Shown: piece after piece, positions 35,147 to 48,869 of the stretch
Layout: each line of letters begins with the position of its first letter
How positions within the stretch are numbered: the first letter of the stretch is position 1
Assembly (NCBI GenBank): GCA_030704615.1
Contig: CM060734.1
Span: 30,690,001-30,754,000, forward strand
DNA from: Takakia lepidozioides
Lineage: Eukaryota; Plantae; Bryophyta
Direction: 5' to 3'
Length of the DNA: 64,000 nucleotides
Translations under genes and position numbers: made by a program
Notes under the pieces: generated by a model
What the model saw: the letters and a program-made list of their open reading frames with translations, nothing else
Told to the model about the DNA's origin: nothing
Database searches by the model: none

Positions 35147-36107
35147 CGGCGGTTCCTTGGGCAGCTAGTGCCATAAAGCACCGGGGGGACCCACACATTT
35201 CGCCTGAGAACTTGGAAGCAGTGCGCTTTAAATCCAAGATGAATTGCGATTTCGCCACCTGTTTCTGCTTAAGTTCCCAAGCGACCTGAATCGGGTCACT
35301 TTGAATTTGCAGTTCCACCTAATTTTTGCAGATCTAATCTGATGGGGCCCACTCCTGAAGCTTTAATGACAAGGGATTTGTCTTGAGTATGATGCAAAAA
35401 ACAAAATTAAAAAAAAACAAAAGCTACGACCTACAAAAAAATATCTTAGATATCTCATTTACGTTTTGGGGCTGAAAAGGGCTTGTTGACCGCTGACGTG
35501 GCAGGTAAACAAGCCCAAAACAGATTGCACTCCAAAGGCCATTTTTGGCAGAAAATTAGCAATTTTGGAAAAATTACTTCACCTTGTGGTGTATGAGCAT
35601 TACATACACACATCCACCATAGGCTTTTAAAATTTTGTAGAAAAAAATTACTTCATTTGGAGGCACAGTTTCTCTTGTCAATTTTGAGATTTCAACCCCT
35701 ATGTAATTGCATGCAAAGCAACCATAGGTGAAAAAATCAGTTGGACCTGCAATGTAGTGGGGTCATAGCCACTCCACTATTGATTTGGAAATGGTGGGTC
35801 TTGGGGCAAGCAAAATTGGATAAAGCTAGGTTTTGATTTGGTCAAACAATTTCTTTCTCTTTTTTCTTTGGGACCTGATATTTGAGGTCTGGGCCAACGT
35901 TATAATCTCACAATTTCCACGGTGGACTTGGCTCCTTTTTTGGTATGTCATGCATAAATGAGCTGGCCCACTGCTATAAGGCTGGAATCTCTGGATGATT
36001 TTTGGTAGGGTTCTAGGGGCAATTTACTGCAGCTGGGTACCCAAAATTGGTAAAAAGTCAAAAAAAGGGCTTGGGAACTTAAGGGTTCAAAGGGCTACCA
36101 ACAATTG

Positions 36108-36166
36108 TTAGCTCAGTTGGATAGTGCATTGAGTGCCACCCAGATGATTCTGGGGTCAAATCCTGC
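36108..36166 (+). other. tRNA-derived (SINE-head-like) sequence with Pol III A/B boxes
   Basis: TAGCTCAGTTGG (A box) and GGGTCAAATCC (B-box-like) at tRNA spacing; no convincing acceptor stem. Confidence 0.4.
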
Positions 36167-38883
36167 TACCTTTATGGTTGTGGTATGTTCTTCTTTCCCT
36201 TCCCTTGGGCGGTGTCCCTTGCGAAAGCCTTCACGGCTAGGTTAGTCTGAAAGAGGTTATTTTTTCCTCTCACTATAATTACGGGGCCTGATTTGTGTGC
36301 TATCGCTCCTAGGTGTTTCCCTTAGAAAAAAATAAAAATAAAGGTTGTGTCGCCTGGGAAATATCCTTGACATTTTCAAGAAATCGCAATATATTGCATA
36401 CCTATAGCCAGGTAGGATCCAGGTGGACATTGTACTTGTCGCCACCTCTGCACTTAACCCCAAGAAAATATCACCACGTCCAGGCCCCGGCAGAAATGAA
36501 AAAAAAAGGGTTGTCCTGACTCCTAACCATCAACCACCAACTACCGACCATCAACCACCAACTACCAACCACCACATCCAGTAGCCACCAGACTGGTGGA
36601 TAGGTTGGTCCGTCAAACTAACCCTAACCCTAAACCGGGTCCTCTGTTGGTCTACCGCCTTGACCTGGTGGTGTGTAGAAACCCGCAGAATTTGCGGGGG
36701 GTTAGAATAGTAGATTTTTTTTGGATTTTTTCTAATTCCAAAAAGCTTTATTTTAAAAAAAAACTCTTGTTTGACCTCAATGTGACAAATCATTCTTTGC
36801 AAGATTTTGGTTTTTTTATTTCTTATTTTTTGCATCCAAAATTCTGAGTGCATAAATTTAAAATCATGCTAGGGAGCAAACCTCAATCCTTCCAAATGTA
36901 TATCCACTCTATCACTCAATATTTGTTAAGTCAATGACACCAAGTTTGCTAAATGAACCCACCATACAACGTTTCTCACACATCACACTCCTTCCCAAGA
37001 ACTAAACCTATGGAGGTGAAAGAGAAGAATTAAGGTGAAGGATGACTCATTGATGTTTGACTCATCGAGTCAGATGTTTTGTAATTTGACTTCAATGTCA
37101 ACTAGCCAGTCAAGAGCTTTCGACAGAAGAAGACGGAAACTACGACATAAGATTTATAAGGTCCCCATGGCCAAAATGAGATATGTGCCAAATAAGATCT
37201 CCATACAAAAATTTACAAATAATTTAACTAGAAGAGAAACTAGAGAAGACTTCGGGCATGACGAGATGACTTGTTGTGTGTTAGGCCTCATGGCAGCCTT
37301 CGGGCATGTAAAGGGTTGAATTTTTTCCCTTCAAATAATTCCAATAAAGTGGTCAGGGCCGTTACCCCTGTTTATCCCAAAAAAAAGAAAAAAAAAAGAA
37401 AAAAAAAAAAGACTTCATCCAACCAGTTGATCTTTAATGACCATCACCACCAACAAACGTCAACTAGAAAATAGTCGAGCTATGTGATAGCACCTTATAA
37501 CACATATCCACCAAGAAAGTCTGAAAGGGTCACCCCTGAAAAAGGCAATAGCTGCAAGGTAAAGTGGCTTTTTAGTTACTTTGGCTTCCTTGAAACAGTC
37601 TCAATGGAAATTTTGGAGGTATGATATAGAATATTAAGATTACGTATATGCATACATCAACTGGTGCCTCCGGTATCATTCTGAGCATGTCTGCTTGCAG
37701 AGGGCGACAAGTACTGGAGCATATAAATTTATTATTTTATTATTTTATTCAATTTTTCATTTGGTGGATATGGTTTGCATAGTAGGTGAAGTAGTAGAAA
37801 TAGGCAATTTCGCTACCAGTTTGAGCTTTAACTAGGAAATATAGCTATGGGATATTCTACTTAATCACGATTTGACCCGTTTTGGGTCTCGACATCTTTC
37901 ATCCATGACATAGTTCCATGATGAAATCGGATGAACCTAGGCGTGAGGGTGAAGTGAACGTCGTCCATTCTGGTTAGTACGTCGCACCATTCTATCTCCG
38001 TACAAAGAGGATGTTTACCGCACAGGTATAATGTAGTCCTATGTATGACGTGCGCTGTATTTTACACCAAATAATTGCTCTGCAGTCAAATTATTTTGGT
38101 ATGCCATGTCGAGATTGTGCTTGGAGCATGGGGTTCCATTGGGGTTGATCCAGGGATGTGGCAGCCTGGACAGGCCAGGTGTGTGGGTCCTAGGGCTTAG
38201 GTAAGTGCATATCCACCCGCAATATTGTGCATTGGCATGAGCATACTCAAAGGGCATATCAATGTGATTAGAGCATTAGATGTATAATGATTGTCATGCT
38301 AGAGGCCTTTCATTCATGAAATGTCATCCAAAATATTTCATCTCTATTGTCGTCTAGGATGTACCCAACAACACTTTGGAGTGGGGGACCATAATGGGGG
38401 TGCACAAGCTATGTTATGACAAGACTCCATTTTTTCATCCGTGAGGATCAACATCTCATCACATCCATTCGTTTTTCCTCCCTAAGCATCCCGATGAGTC
38501 AAATGGTTGTCGCTACATACTAAATAACGATGAAGAGGAGGGGAAATTTGGGATATTGTAGCGGTTGTGCACTCTGATTAGTCAATGGATCGCCGCTATA
38601 GACTAGATAGTGTTCAAGAAGAGGGGGAGTACTAGTTGTAGCAAGGCCGAGGCCGTTTTTCGTTAAATGTCCTCCAAAATATTTCATCTCTATCTTCATA
38701 CTCAACAACACTTGGGAGTGATGCCATCATAACCCAGGTGCACAAGGTTATGACAGAGTTCATTTTTTTTATCCATGAGGATCAACATCTCTTTACATCC
38801 GTCCATGTGCACCTAGATGAGTCGATGGATTATCGCTATTTAATCTGTTACGTTCAAGATGAGGGGAAATATGGAACCATCTA

Positions 38884-39009
38884 GGGAATTCCAAAAAGGC
38901 CTTGATGTGAAATGCATCGCAATTCACTTGATCACCCCCTAAAAGTGCGCAATTCAATTGAACTAACCCTAATTTGCAATTCAATTGAATTGTAATCTAT
39001 AATTTTTAG

Positions 39010-39066
<57 letters not shown>

Positions 39067-39743
39067 GTATGTATGTATTTAAATTATACATATATACATA
39101 CATACATATAAGCTAAAAATACATGTTGCCCGTCTATTCTTGCTGTCCGTCTGTCAATCCTTTGCCCGTGGTAAGGCTTGAGCCCAAGATAAGCCTAAGG
39201 GAGAGCGAGAGAGGGAGAGAGAGACAGAGGAAGTCACGAAGCGCTTGTAAAAGCGGGATTGTCTCTCTTTGTGGATGTTGGTGCCAATATATGGCTATGT
39301 ACATATACTAAACATGATACCAATGTAAGAGTATCAACGTGTAAGAGTTTGATATATTAAACTTATATAGAACACACATCCCAACTTCAACATGATACCT
39401 TTGTAAGGGTATCGAAATTTTTCATAATTCTCAAGATGAACATATTTTTTGTTTTCTTTGTTTTGGGCCAGATACTAGTGTTAGGGGACTACATGGTGAT
39501 GCAGGGGAAGCCTTTCATCAATTGTCAGGTTTGATTTTGTCTGTTTTTTTCGGAGCCAGCCATGTTTCTTTTGCTGTGAATCACAGGAAGCTGCTGATCT
39601 GTCTCCCTCTCTTGCTCTCCCTTTCTCGCTGAGGCTGAGGGTGGCTTCACAATTTCCTCAAGGGCACAAGAAAGAGGGCCAGCAAGAATAGACGGGCAAC
39701 ATGTATTTTTAGCTTATACTTGTGTATGTATATATGTATAATT

Positions 39744-39830
<87 letters not shown>

Positions 39831-40014
39831 CGAAAAATAAGTTAAAAATTATAGATTGCAATTCAATTGAATCGTGTGCCGACAATTCAATTGAATTGCA
39901 AATTAGGGTTAGTTCAATTGAATTGCCCTTGCAATTCAATTTGAATTGCGCACTTTTAGGGGGTGATCAAGTGAATTGCGATGCATTTCACATCAAGGCC
40001 TTTTTGGAATTCCC
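38884..40014. mobile_element. Foldback/MITE-like non-autonomous DNA transposon
   Basis: Perfect terminal inverted repeat GGGAATTCCAAAAAGGCCTTGATGTGAAATGCATCGC... extending ~300 bp and including (TA)n tracts in both arms. Flanked by TA (or CTAG). Confidence 0.88.
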
Positions 40015-40743
40015 TAGCCATCCTCGCCACTCAGCAACTTGTTGAGTTGATTGATCGCCACTAGATAGTGTTCAAGAGGAGGAGGGATAGGGGTAGACAT
40101 GCCTGTAATCGTTCATCTAACGATGGTGAAAAATCTAACTGTGGATTTTCATCTTTTCAACCTGGGTAAAATTGGTAAAATGCCCCACATCCTACACCCT
40201 TGGAAGTACACAAGTTCATGCAGTTCATACAAAGTTGTTGGGTCTCAAAGTTCAACCAATCAGAATGCGTATGTGAACCTTTGAGCCCTATTACCAATCA
40301 CACTTTTTGGGGGGTTTTATCAAATAACCGTTTAATGCCAAGTGGCAAACATAAGCACTCTTGGGCCAACAATGGCCCTTCATAGCACATGACGAAAGTA
40401 GTTATGGGGTGATTAGTCATAGGCATTATAATAGTTATAGGCCTATTTACCCTAGCAAGGCCAAGCCTCGGTGATTAGTCATAGGCACTATAATAGTTAT
40501 AGGCTTATTTACCCTAGCAAGGCCAAGCCCCTGGAGCGGCGAGCCGTGCTACATCCCATAATTCCCCCTCCTCTTAAATGCTATCAGACATAGTCTTTCG
40601 CGAGGTGGAGGTAGCCAAGTGTGTAGAGCAAAAAAGAAGTGTGACGCCTCCCAAAGGAAGCCATAATATGGTGTCTCTTGACCCAAAGGGCTATTGCCTT
40701 CCATGTGAAAGGTGGATACCTTTGTGACTCCATAGACCTGGAT

Positions 40744-41741
40744 TGAACCCACACCCACTTCCGAGGTGGTATATGCCCATCACATTGGGCTGCAACTTGG
40801 TTGTCTATGTAGAGCATAATGAGCAAAAACATGAGGAATATAAGAGCGGCGACATCTTTAGTTTCCCATAGGGAATATGAAGGTTCATTCTTATGATCAA
40901 TGTGAACGATAAACTTAGTGTGTATGAAAATACTCTTTAGCTTTAACAGAAAAAAAAACTAAAACAATATTGTAAAATATTCTTGATGACCGGCTCACCA
41001 ACTACCGATATCCCATCGAGCACAATAAAAAGTAATGCTTGTCTTATTTGTGAGTCGATGGGAGCGTACAGCTGTATGGTCCAGAAGTGATTAAAAGTTT
41101 ATGATTGAGAATTGGGGAGGAACAAAAAAGGTGGTAAGCAAGTACATGAAATGACAAAGGGGACCCATGTTTTGTCCCATCACTAGCATCTTGCATTACA
41201 CAAATAGTAACAGCTTTTAATCCTAAAATATCCACCTTAAACTTTTCTGATCATGGATGCTTGATGTCATCCAAAATTGGGCGTCATTGTCATCGACAAA
41301 GGAAGGAAATATTCATGGATCAATGTTGGTAGCATTGGACTCATGCCGATGAATGAATTAATGTAGGATGCGATCCACGTTGGTATCCCTCAATATAATA
41401 ATGAAATGAACCTGCACTGCATTATCAACTGACAATATCATCAATGTCTCCATGCAAGTGGATGTACTTAATTCCTGTCTTGAAGACTTCATTCATTCAT
41501 GGGCGGATGATTACAGTGATCACATCAACCAATAGTTTTCCACATTTGTCGTTCATTGTTGAGAAGTGATGAAACAGTAGCCAGAAAAGGTGGCGTGGGT
41601 GGGCATGGCTACTTCTGGAAATGTGTGTCTTAGGTGCGAGATCACACTTTTCCACTGTATATATAGTTGTCCTTGCTCATCATTCCTATTGCGATCGATC
41701 CAGTTTGCAGACGGTTATTAATTCTTTTTTGGCAGCTAGCC
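40744..41741 (+). repeat. Left arm of ~1-kb inverted repeat, containing a TATA-like box (~41658) upstream of SWEET
   Basis: Diverged reverse complement of 47418-48356. Confidence 0.85.
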
Positions 41742-42137
41742 GTCACGGTTCCTGGAGTGTTGGGGAGGAGAGGCGGTGTTGGGTGTCCAGAGTGAGAGAG
41801 AGACTGAGTTGGATCCATTCCAAGAAAAAAATACGATTGATTTGCATCTTTTCTGCATCAAAGGAGTATTGTGTGTCTCTGGATTCGTCTGAAGAGAAAG
41901 TGTAGAGAGCTTGGAGATCAACTGTTCATCTACTTCACGAAACGGAGTAGGCAATACGGAACCGGGCTGCTAAAAATTGATTGTCGACGATTCCTGACCA
42001 CTGATCCAAGCCAATTTCCAATCCGACCTTATAACTTTTGGGTCTAATCGGGCTGCATGTCCTTCTTGACCTGATCATCTAGAAGTCGTGACTTTTCCAA
42101 ACTACTAATCTCAAGGCAACGCCAACAGGGTCCCGCG

Positions 42138-45100
42138 ATGGTGAACCTGAAGACGGTTTTCGGGACTTTGGGTAATGTTCAATTTTAAATTCCCTATATA
42201 TTCCCGTAAATTATATTATCTAGTTCATCGCTTCCAAGTCGCAGTGAGGAAAGTTGAATTTCTGCCAACGTTATGCAATCATCCTGGGGCGAACGGCAGT
42301 CAATTATACATACATGAACTTGTTCTAGAATAAATCAGGCAAGCTTGTATGTGGGAATTTTCACCATCACTTTGAAGCGAAATGCTTAATATTAGCTCCA
42401 AATCTTGGTGTATGTTTCAATTGACTACAGATAGTTGGGTTGAAAGTTCAGGACCTGACTCAACGAACTCGATGCTCCAGGTTGTCAGGCTGTAAGAAGA
42501 GTTTATGGGATCTAGGAGTTGTGTGCAGTCATAACCCGTAGATCTCAACAGTACAATTTGGAGACTGTTGAACAAATTAAAAAATTAGATCACCATGTGC
42601 TTATACAATTGAAGTTTCAAATCCATATAAGAACTAAACCTTGAGATGGAGCTTCAAGATGGAACGACCAATGCAGCTCCTTAAGAACTTGTGCAAATTT
42701 CTACCCGCAGCATCTACTGCGACCGCGAAGGGACCTATAACATATAGTACCTTTTAGACGTATTTAAAATCATAGATCGATCCTAACCAAACTGTGGAGT
42801 AAATTATGTCCCTGTTTTGAATCTTAGTCTGTATGTGTAAGCGCGTCCAACGCAGCTCAAGGCACATCTGGTTCAAACATTTAAAACTACGGTCTATCAA
42901 CTAGGCTCTAGGGCTTTGCAGTGTCCGAAGTTGATGAGTTAAGTTCTTGAAAGTGATGCTAGTACCACGTAACCGCTACTAATGCTCAGGGTTCCCGTGT
43001 TTGTGTTATTAGCTAAGCTGTACTTATCTTAGACTTGAATTCTTGATTGGATTTTATAATGTTTGAGGATTCTAGCAATCTAACTTGAATACCTTCGTTG
43101 TCCCCTTTTTGGAACTCGGAACTCGTAGACATCTGGGTGATTGCAGCTGACGGTGTCCATTTTTTGACGTCATTGTGTCATTTTGTTGGTTTTGGTCCAC
43201 AATCCTAGATTTTTATGAAATTTGTGAAAATGGACCGACAACATTGCACGTAGCTACATTTAGTATCTACGTTCCAAGACTTGCCAACAAAAACTGTTAT
43301 AACTAGAAGTGTCAAGTGATGGACTTCATGAAAAGTCCATAGCTTTTGTTATAGCACTCCATACAAAAATTGGTATAGACTCATTATTTTCTAGATTTTT
43401 TAACATAATTGGATTAAGGACTTGAGCCTTTATTGCTCTTATGATAAAGTCTATGTGAGAGTTTTGAACCATTCTTATTCATTAATTACATTTTTATATT
43501 GTACTCATACTACCAATAACACCAGTTTCATAAAGTCCTTTACAATATGAGAACCAAAATACCCATGAATTGTCATTCATTAAATATAACCATTATTGTA
43601 TATGAACGGTGGGGCCAAGGTCAAATTCTTAAATGGATGTACTTTTGTGATTATACTCAAAGTTTGGATGACGTCATCGACGGCACATGGTGGCATATGT
43701 CATCTATAACATCTTTCCCTCTCCCAATTTGAAATGACAGTATCCCAACAATAGACGTTCCACATCATATAGTGCAAGTGAATCCATTTTTTGGCTATTT
43801 TTTACTATTTTTATTTCTTATCTTATGTACTTTTATGTAGGGCACATCTTGCACTTTTTGTCCACTCTTCGTTGCAACTACCCAGATGATGCGCCGGGAC
43901 GATTAAACTGGTCATATCTAACATCTTTGCACATGTGATTGTGATGTTCGCAGGAATATCATTGCAATTTGCTTGTTCATGTCCCCTGGTGAGTAGTTTT
44001 TCTTTTCTTAAGGAATTGGTCGGGGTCAGTCGTTCTTGGCCCATCTTTCTGTTTCCACCATCTCTCTTAGGAAAGCCTCTGTACTGAACCGCCCGGCCAC
44101 TTCCGCTTGGAAACAACCTGGATTGCTTCTGGGCTTGCCAATATAGCAAAAATGTACACATACATATATTTCAGATCCATGGTATTGTTTATGCACGGCC
44201 GTTCATATGTAATACAAATAGGCTGACCGAGGCGTGTGGGTGGCTCTTGGGTAATTAATTATAAGTGGAACACATGAGAATTTAGTTGATTAACCTCATC
44301 TGAGCCCTAGTAAACTTGTATGATGAATTGTGTGTTGGTGACAGGCCCACCTTCTGGGGCATTTTACAGAAGAGTCAGTGCAGGACTATTCGGGCATCCC
44401 CTATGTTGCACACTTATGAATTGTATGCTATGGGTGGCCTATGGCCTCCCAATCATCAATTCCAACTGCTGGTGGTCACCATTAATGGAGCTGGCTGTAT
44501 TATCGAGCTCACATACGTCGCCCTGTACTTATTTATGCCCCAGAAATTGAAGGTACCCCATTCTTGCTCATGAAATTGATTTTTTCTCTCGTGGTCATCC
44601 GTCTTCATTTATTTTTTAAAGACCCATCAAGGCCACCCGAAGCTATAGTTGGGGGGTCAACTGTAACTTGGGCAGGTATGTCAAAGGGCATTCTCTCACT
44701 TTGTATCATCCAGCTTGCACAACCTGGTCCGTAGACTCATGAGAAACAACTTCTTGATAGTGAGGGTCGACTGAACGTACATACCTTTCTTCGAACGTAC
44801 CTGTATATTTTCTTTGAAACCAGTCAATTGATATTACGATTCATGTGAAGTGGTTCGACCGTGTACTCTTGAGCATGTTTTTTTGAACGAGCATGCATGC
44901 GTAGGTTCTTGGAAGCCTTTGTCATCTCTTCAGTCCAGCTCTTTGCTATCTATAGTCCGTAAGAACCATATGCTCTTCAAGCCAGATCGTTAGGTCCTGA
45001 TGAGTGACCATTTCATGTGTATGCACCACAAAGTCCAGATTCAATGCTTAATTTGTCTACTCATGGTCTGTCATATCGCAAATCGTCAATCTAGGATAAA

Positions 45101-46404
45101 ATTCTGGCTATTGTTGCAGGTGAAGATGCTGAGGCTTATGGTGCTTTTGCTAGTATCATTCACATTTGTAATGGTGATGGTCTTGACTTTCACGCATGAC
45201 AAATCCCGACGAAGTTGGTAATTGGCTCATTGTGTGCCGTGTTTAATGTGGGAATGTGCGGCTCTCCATTGACGTGTATGGTATGTTCCAAGCACTTATA
45301 TGCAGATGGACCATCATTAATTGCATGTGTGATCAGAGCTCACATGTTGTTCAATTTAGGATTCCTTTCTCATATCTATAACAGAGCTGTTGTTGGATTT
45401 GTAACAGGAAAATCTCCGTACTAGTTACTTAGGTACAGATGACATCCTACTGGTCCATTTCCTTTCTGAGCAACGTCACAACATTCAAGTTTTTAAATTC
45501 TTTTCTCATTTATAAGGTTGCTAGAGACTCATTGTCAGGACTCCCTCTCGCTCTGTCATTACAGGGCATGGTGATTCGGACAAAGTGTGGGAATACATGC
45601 CGTTCTTGCTCTCTTTTTTCAACTTTCTCAACGCCCTTGCGTGGTTTGGTTTCGCATTTGTGGGTGGTTTGACATTTTCATTGCGGTGCGTGTCCAACTA
45701 GTTAATTCCCAGTCAAGCTGTTCTCTAGCTAGGTCATTTTTCTGATCAATCGCTTGAGTGAGAGAGGTTGAGCTCTAGGAGGGGTTTTTATGGAGTACAG
45801 ACACTTAGCTTGACAAACAAGTTCAGAGAGGGGACAAGTTGGGCGTTTGTGGGCCATAAAACTTTCATAATATTAGATACATATATAGAGTCTTGTTGAA
45901 CTATCTAACCCCTCTTGCTGCAGCTGTGAGCCCTAAGTAATAAGACTGGGCATGGAAGATAATAATTGCCACACCCTTGTAGGGGCCATATTAAATTCAA
46001 TGATCATTATGCAAGGAAACAAAGAGGAAGCAGCCCTAGAGTACTTGTCGAGAAGTAGAGGGAAAATCCAGACCGAACACTTAGAAAATTCCCCAATTCC
46101 TAACATGTGGCTTATTGAGACTTTGCAGATTCCAAATGGCCTTGGAATTTTATTGAGTATTGCACAATTGAGCTTGTATACATTCTACAAGAATGCAACA
46201 CCAGTTGGAGAAACTACCAAAAAAGATCAGAAGGGCACAGCCATGAAGCCTGTGTCACACACAGTCTATGTCGGCCAAGCGGATAAAAATAGTGATAAAG
46301 AAACCCTCAGCTCCTCCGAAAGAATCAGAGCTTCTAGCATCTTTGGTGGCTTTCTTCTTCAAAGCATACTGGTGATCTCGAGCGCTAACTGTAGTAACAA
46401 ATAG
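42138..46404 (+). pseudogene. SWEET: SWEET/MtN3 sugar transporter gene with several small frameshifting deletions; exons ~42138-42171, 43954-43988, 44345-44552, 45120-45280, 45565-45685, 46129-46404
   Basis: Canonical six-exon layout: 'MVNLKTVFGTLG|NIIAICLFMSP|PTFW...YSGIPY...MNCMLWVAYG...LVVTINGAG|...GSPL|MVIRTK.VEYMPFLLS...|IPNGLG..L..AQL.LY..Y'. GT-AG sites are intact. Confidence 0.9.
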
Positions 46405-47417
46405 AGCCTTGGCAGTTTTGAAGAGAGGATGTCGTTAGGCAACTTTCTTTCCATGCCTTAGGTACAAGCAATAACTTTAGACGCTTCTTTCATCAGCCTT
46501 CTTTAAACCCTTGTTTGCTTGTATAAGAAACTGGTACCAGAGAACCGATAGATGGAGTTAGGCTGCTTGATAGTTGTTGGTGCCAGTTCTCAGTACAACG
46601 GCGCTGCATAGAAGTGCAACGTGACCTCCAAAATCTTACGATTGCAGTGAACCAGACTGTCGTGGATAGTTTCTCAAAAAGCCAATAAATCGAGATGTTA
46701 GGAATATTTGTAAAAGGCGTTGAGTTGTAAATACGCCAGCACTATCAAACAGGCAGATGAAGTAAAGGGGCTAAAGTTATCTTTGGCAACCTCCCTGCTC
46801 AAGTGACTTTAATGTCGGAGGTCAGCAACTTATTTTGGACTTACATGAGCACTGCATCCATGAGCGATGCTGATTAAATTGTACAAAATTCGTGACCGAT
46901 AAGCGTTCACCGATATTAATATTAAACTAGTTACGATAATAGTATGACATTGTTCACTGCTGAACTGTAACCACTGTTTTCAACTCTCTTGCTATTGAAC
47001 TTCATTACAAGAATAGCCTCCTAATTAGCTGCCATGGTAAAAGACCGGAAAATGGAAAGTCCTTTGGTTGTTTGTTAGTGTTGACCATGGCGACCATGCC
47101 TTTGCACATATTTGAGACCACAAAACTTACAGAATGGTGGGCCTACATCATCAAGACATACATACATGTACTAGTCCACCGGGTGACCCAATGCTGGATC
47201 AAGGCTGGAGAGATACTACGGAGGGCTTAGGCGACCCCCGAGCCTGTCGGTGATGCTTACGGGAACTGCACAGTAACTAATCAGTCCTCAGGTCCATAAT
47301 GCATTCTAAAGACTGTTGCTACCTGCTTAGATAAAACAAAATGCCAAAGAGTACAAAGGAAGAGATTTAGAACATTCTTCGCATGCAACAATACGAGCAC
47401 GAACTTCAATACTCCTT

Positions 47418-48356
47418 GGCTAGCTGTCAGAAAAGATCAGTAATCTTTTGCAAACTAGACCAATCGCAGTAGGAGCGATGAGCAAGGACATATATACAGT
47501 GGAAAAGTGTGATCTTGCACCTAAGACACAGATTGCCAGTAGTAGCCATGCTCACCCGCCCCACCCAACCTTTCTTAACCAACTACTTCATCACTTATGA
47601 ACGATGAACATTGGATGAATCTGGAAAACTATTACCTCATGCCGCTTGATGTGATCACTGTAATCATCCCTCATGAATGAATGAAGTTTCTAAGACAGGA
47701 AGGACATGATCCACTTGCCGGATGATATTGTCAATGTTGATAATGCAGTGCATGTTCATTTTATGATTATATCAAGGGATACCAACGTGTCGATCGCATC
47801 CTAATTAATTCATTAATCATTCCTTCCTTGGCGATATTGACAATGACGCCCAATTTTGATATGAAGCATGGACCATCATCAGAATTATCGATATCTCAAG
47901 TTTAATCTGGGCAGTCGCTATTTGTGTCATGAAAGACGCTAGCTGTGATGGGACAAAATATTGCTTACCACCTTTTTTGTTCCTCCCCAATTCTCAATCA
48001 TAAACTTTCTAATCACTTCTGGAGCATATCGTACGCTCCCATGAGACAAGCATTACTTTTCATTGTGCTCGATGGGATATTGGTAGTTGGACCTGAGCGG
48101 GTCAGCAAGAATATTTCACAATATTATTTTAGTTAATTTATTTAATTTGGTTAGAGCTAATGAGGATTTCCATACACACTAATTTTATAGTACGCTCACA
48201 TTAATCAGAAGAGTAGACCTTAATATTCCCTATGGGGAACCAAAGATGTCGTCACTCCTATATTCCTCATGTTTTTGCATTATGCTCTACAAAGACAACC
48301 AAGTTGTAGCCCAATGTAATGGGCACGTACCACCTCGGAAGTGGGTGTGGGTTCAA
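47418..48356 (-). repeat. Right arm of ~1-kb inverted repeat (inverted copy of SWEET upstream region)
   Basis: For example, 48220-48356 is the reverse complement of 40744-40885, and 47450-47530 of 41625-41705. Confidence 0.85.
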
Positions 48357-48869
48357 ACTAGGGTTTCACATTGCTAGGCACTTTTAACAATATCCAATAA
48401 AATCTGATGCATCAAAGTTTAACCTAGTCGTTCAGGACAAAGTGATACATAAGTTACTCTTATTTTAACCAAGAGTTTTTAACACAACTATCTAATAATT
48501 ATTGAGTTTGTTGATACCTATGTATTCGTAATATATTAATAGATCTATATGTTTAATTGTCACACGGAAGATAGACAATAGACAAAAATCAGGTATTAAG
48601 AGTTGTGGCGTTATCATCAGCTATTAACATTATCATATTTATAATTATAATATATGTATTATTGTAATATATTTTAATTGAAATGTGCTCCACCAAACAA
48701 GAATAATTATTAGAAGTGGTTGTGACTTGTGACAATTTTCATTGAATATGCATGACATTCAAAAAAAATTCTTCATGGAAAATCATACGTAGTTCATTTT
48801 GTTCTCTTTGGTAACACACTTGACCAAGTTCTATTATCTTATCTTAGGGCATTGAGTCCAGACTAGACG

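Noticed and set aside
36108-36166. Functional tRNA gene
   Set aside because: No proper acceptor or anticodon stems; only the promoter boxes are recognisable.
36619-36636. Telomeric repeat (also 2446-2460)
   Set aside because: Only 2-3 imperfect CCCTAA units; too short to call an interstitial telomere.
35147-38880. Gene or defined transposon in this interval
   Set aside because: Only short ORFs without motifs, and I could not identify termini or TSDs.
39709-40045. IYIYIY ORFs
   Set aside because: (TA)n microsatellite inside MITE arms.
40409-40529. Two-copy ~61-bp tandem duplication (and 38330-38470 vs 38670-38840)
   Set aside because: Ordinary local duplications with no further structure.
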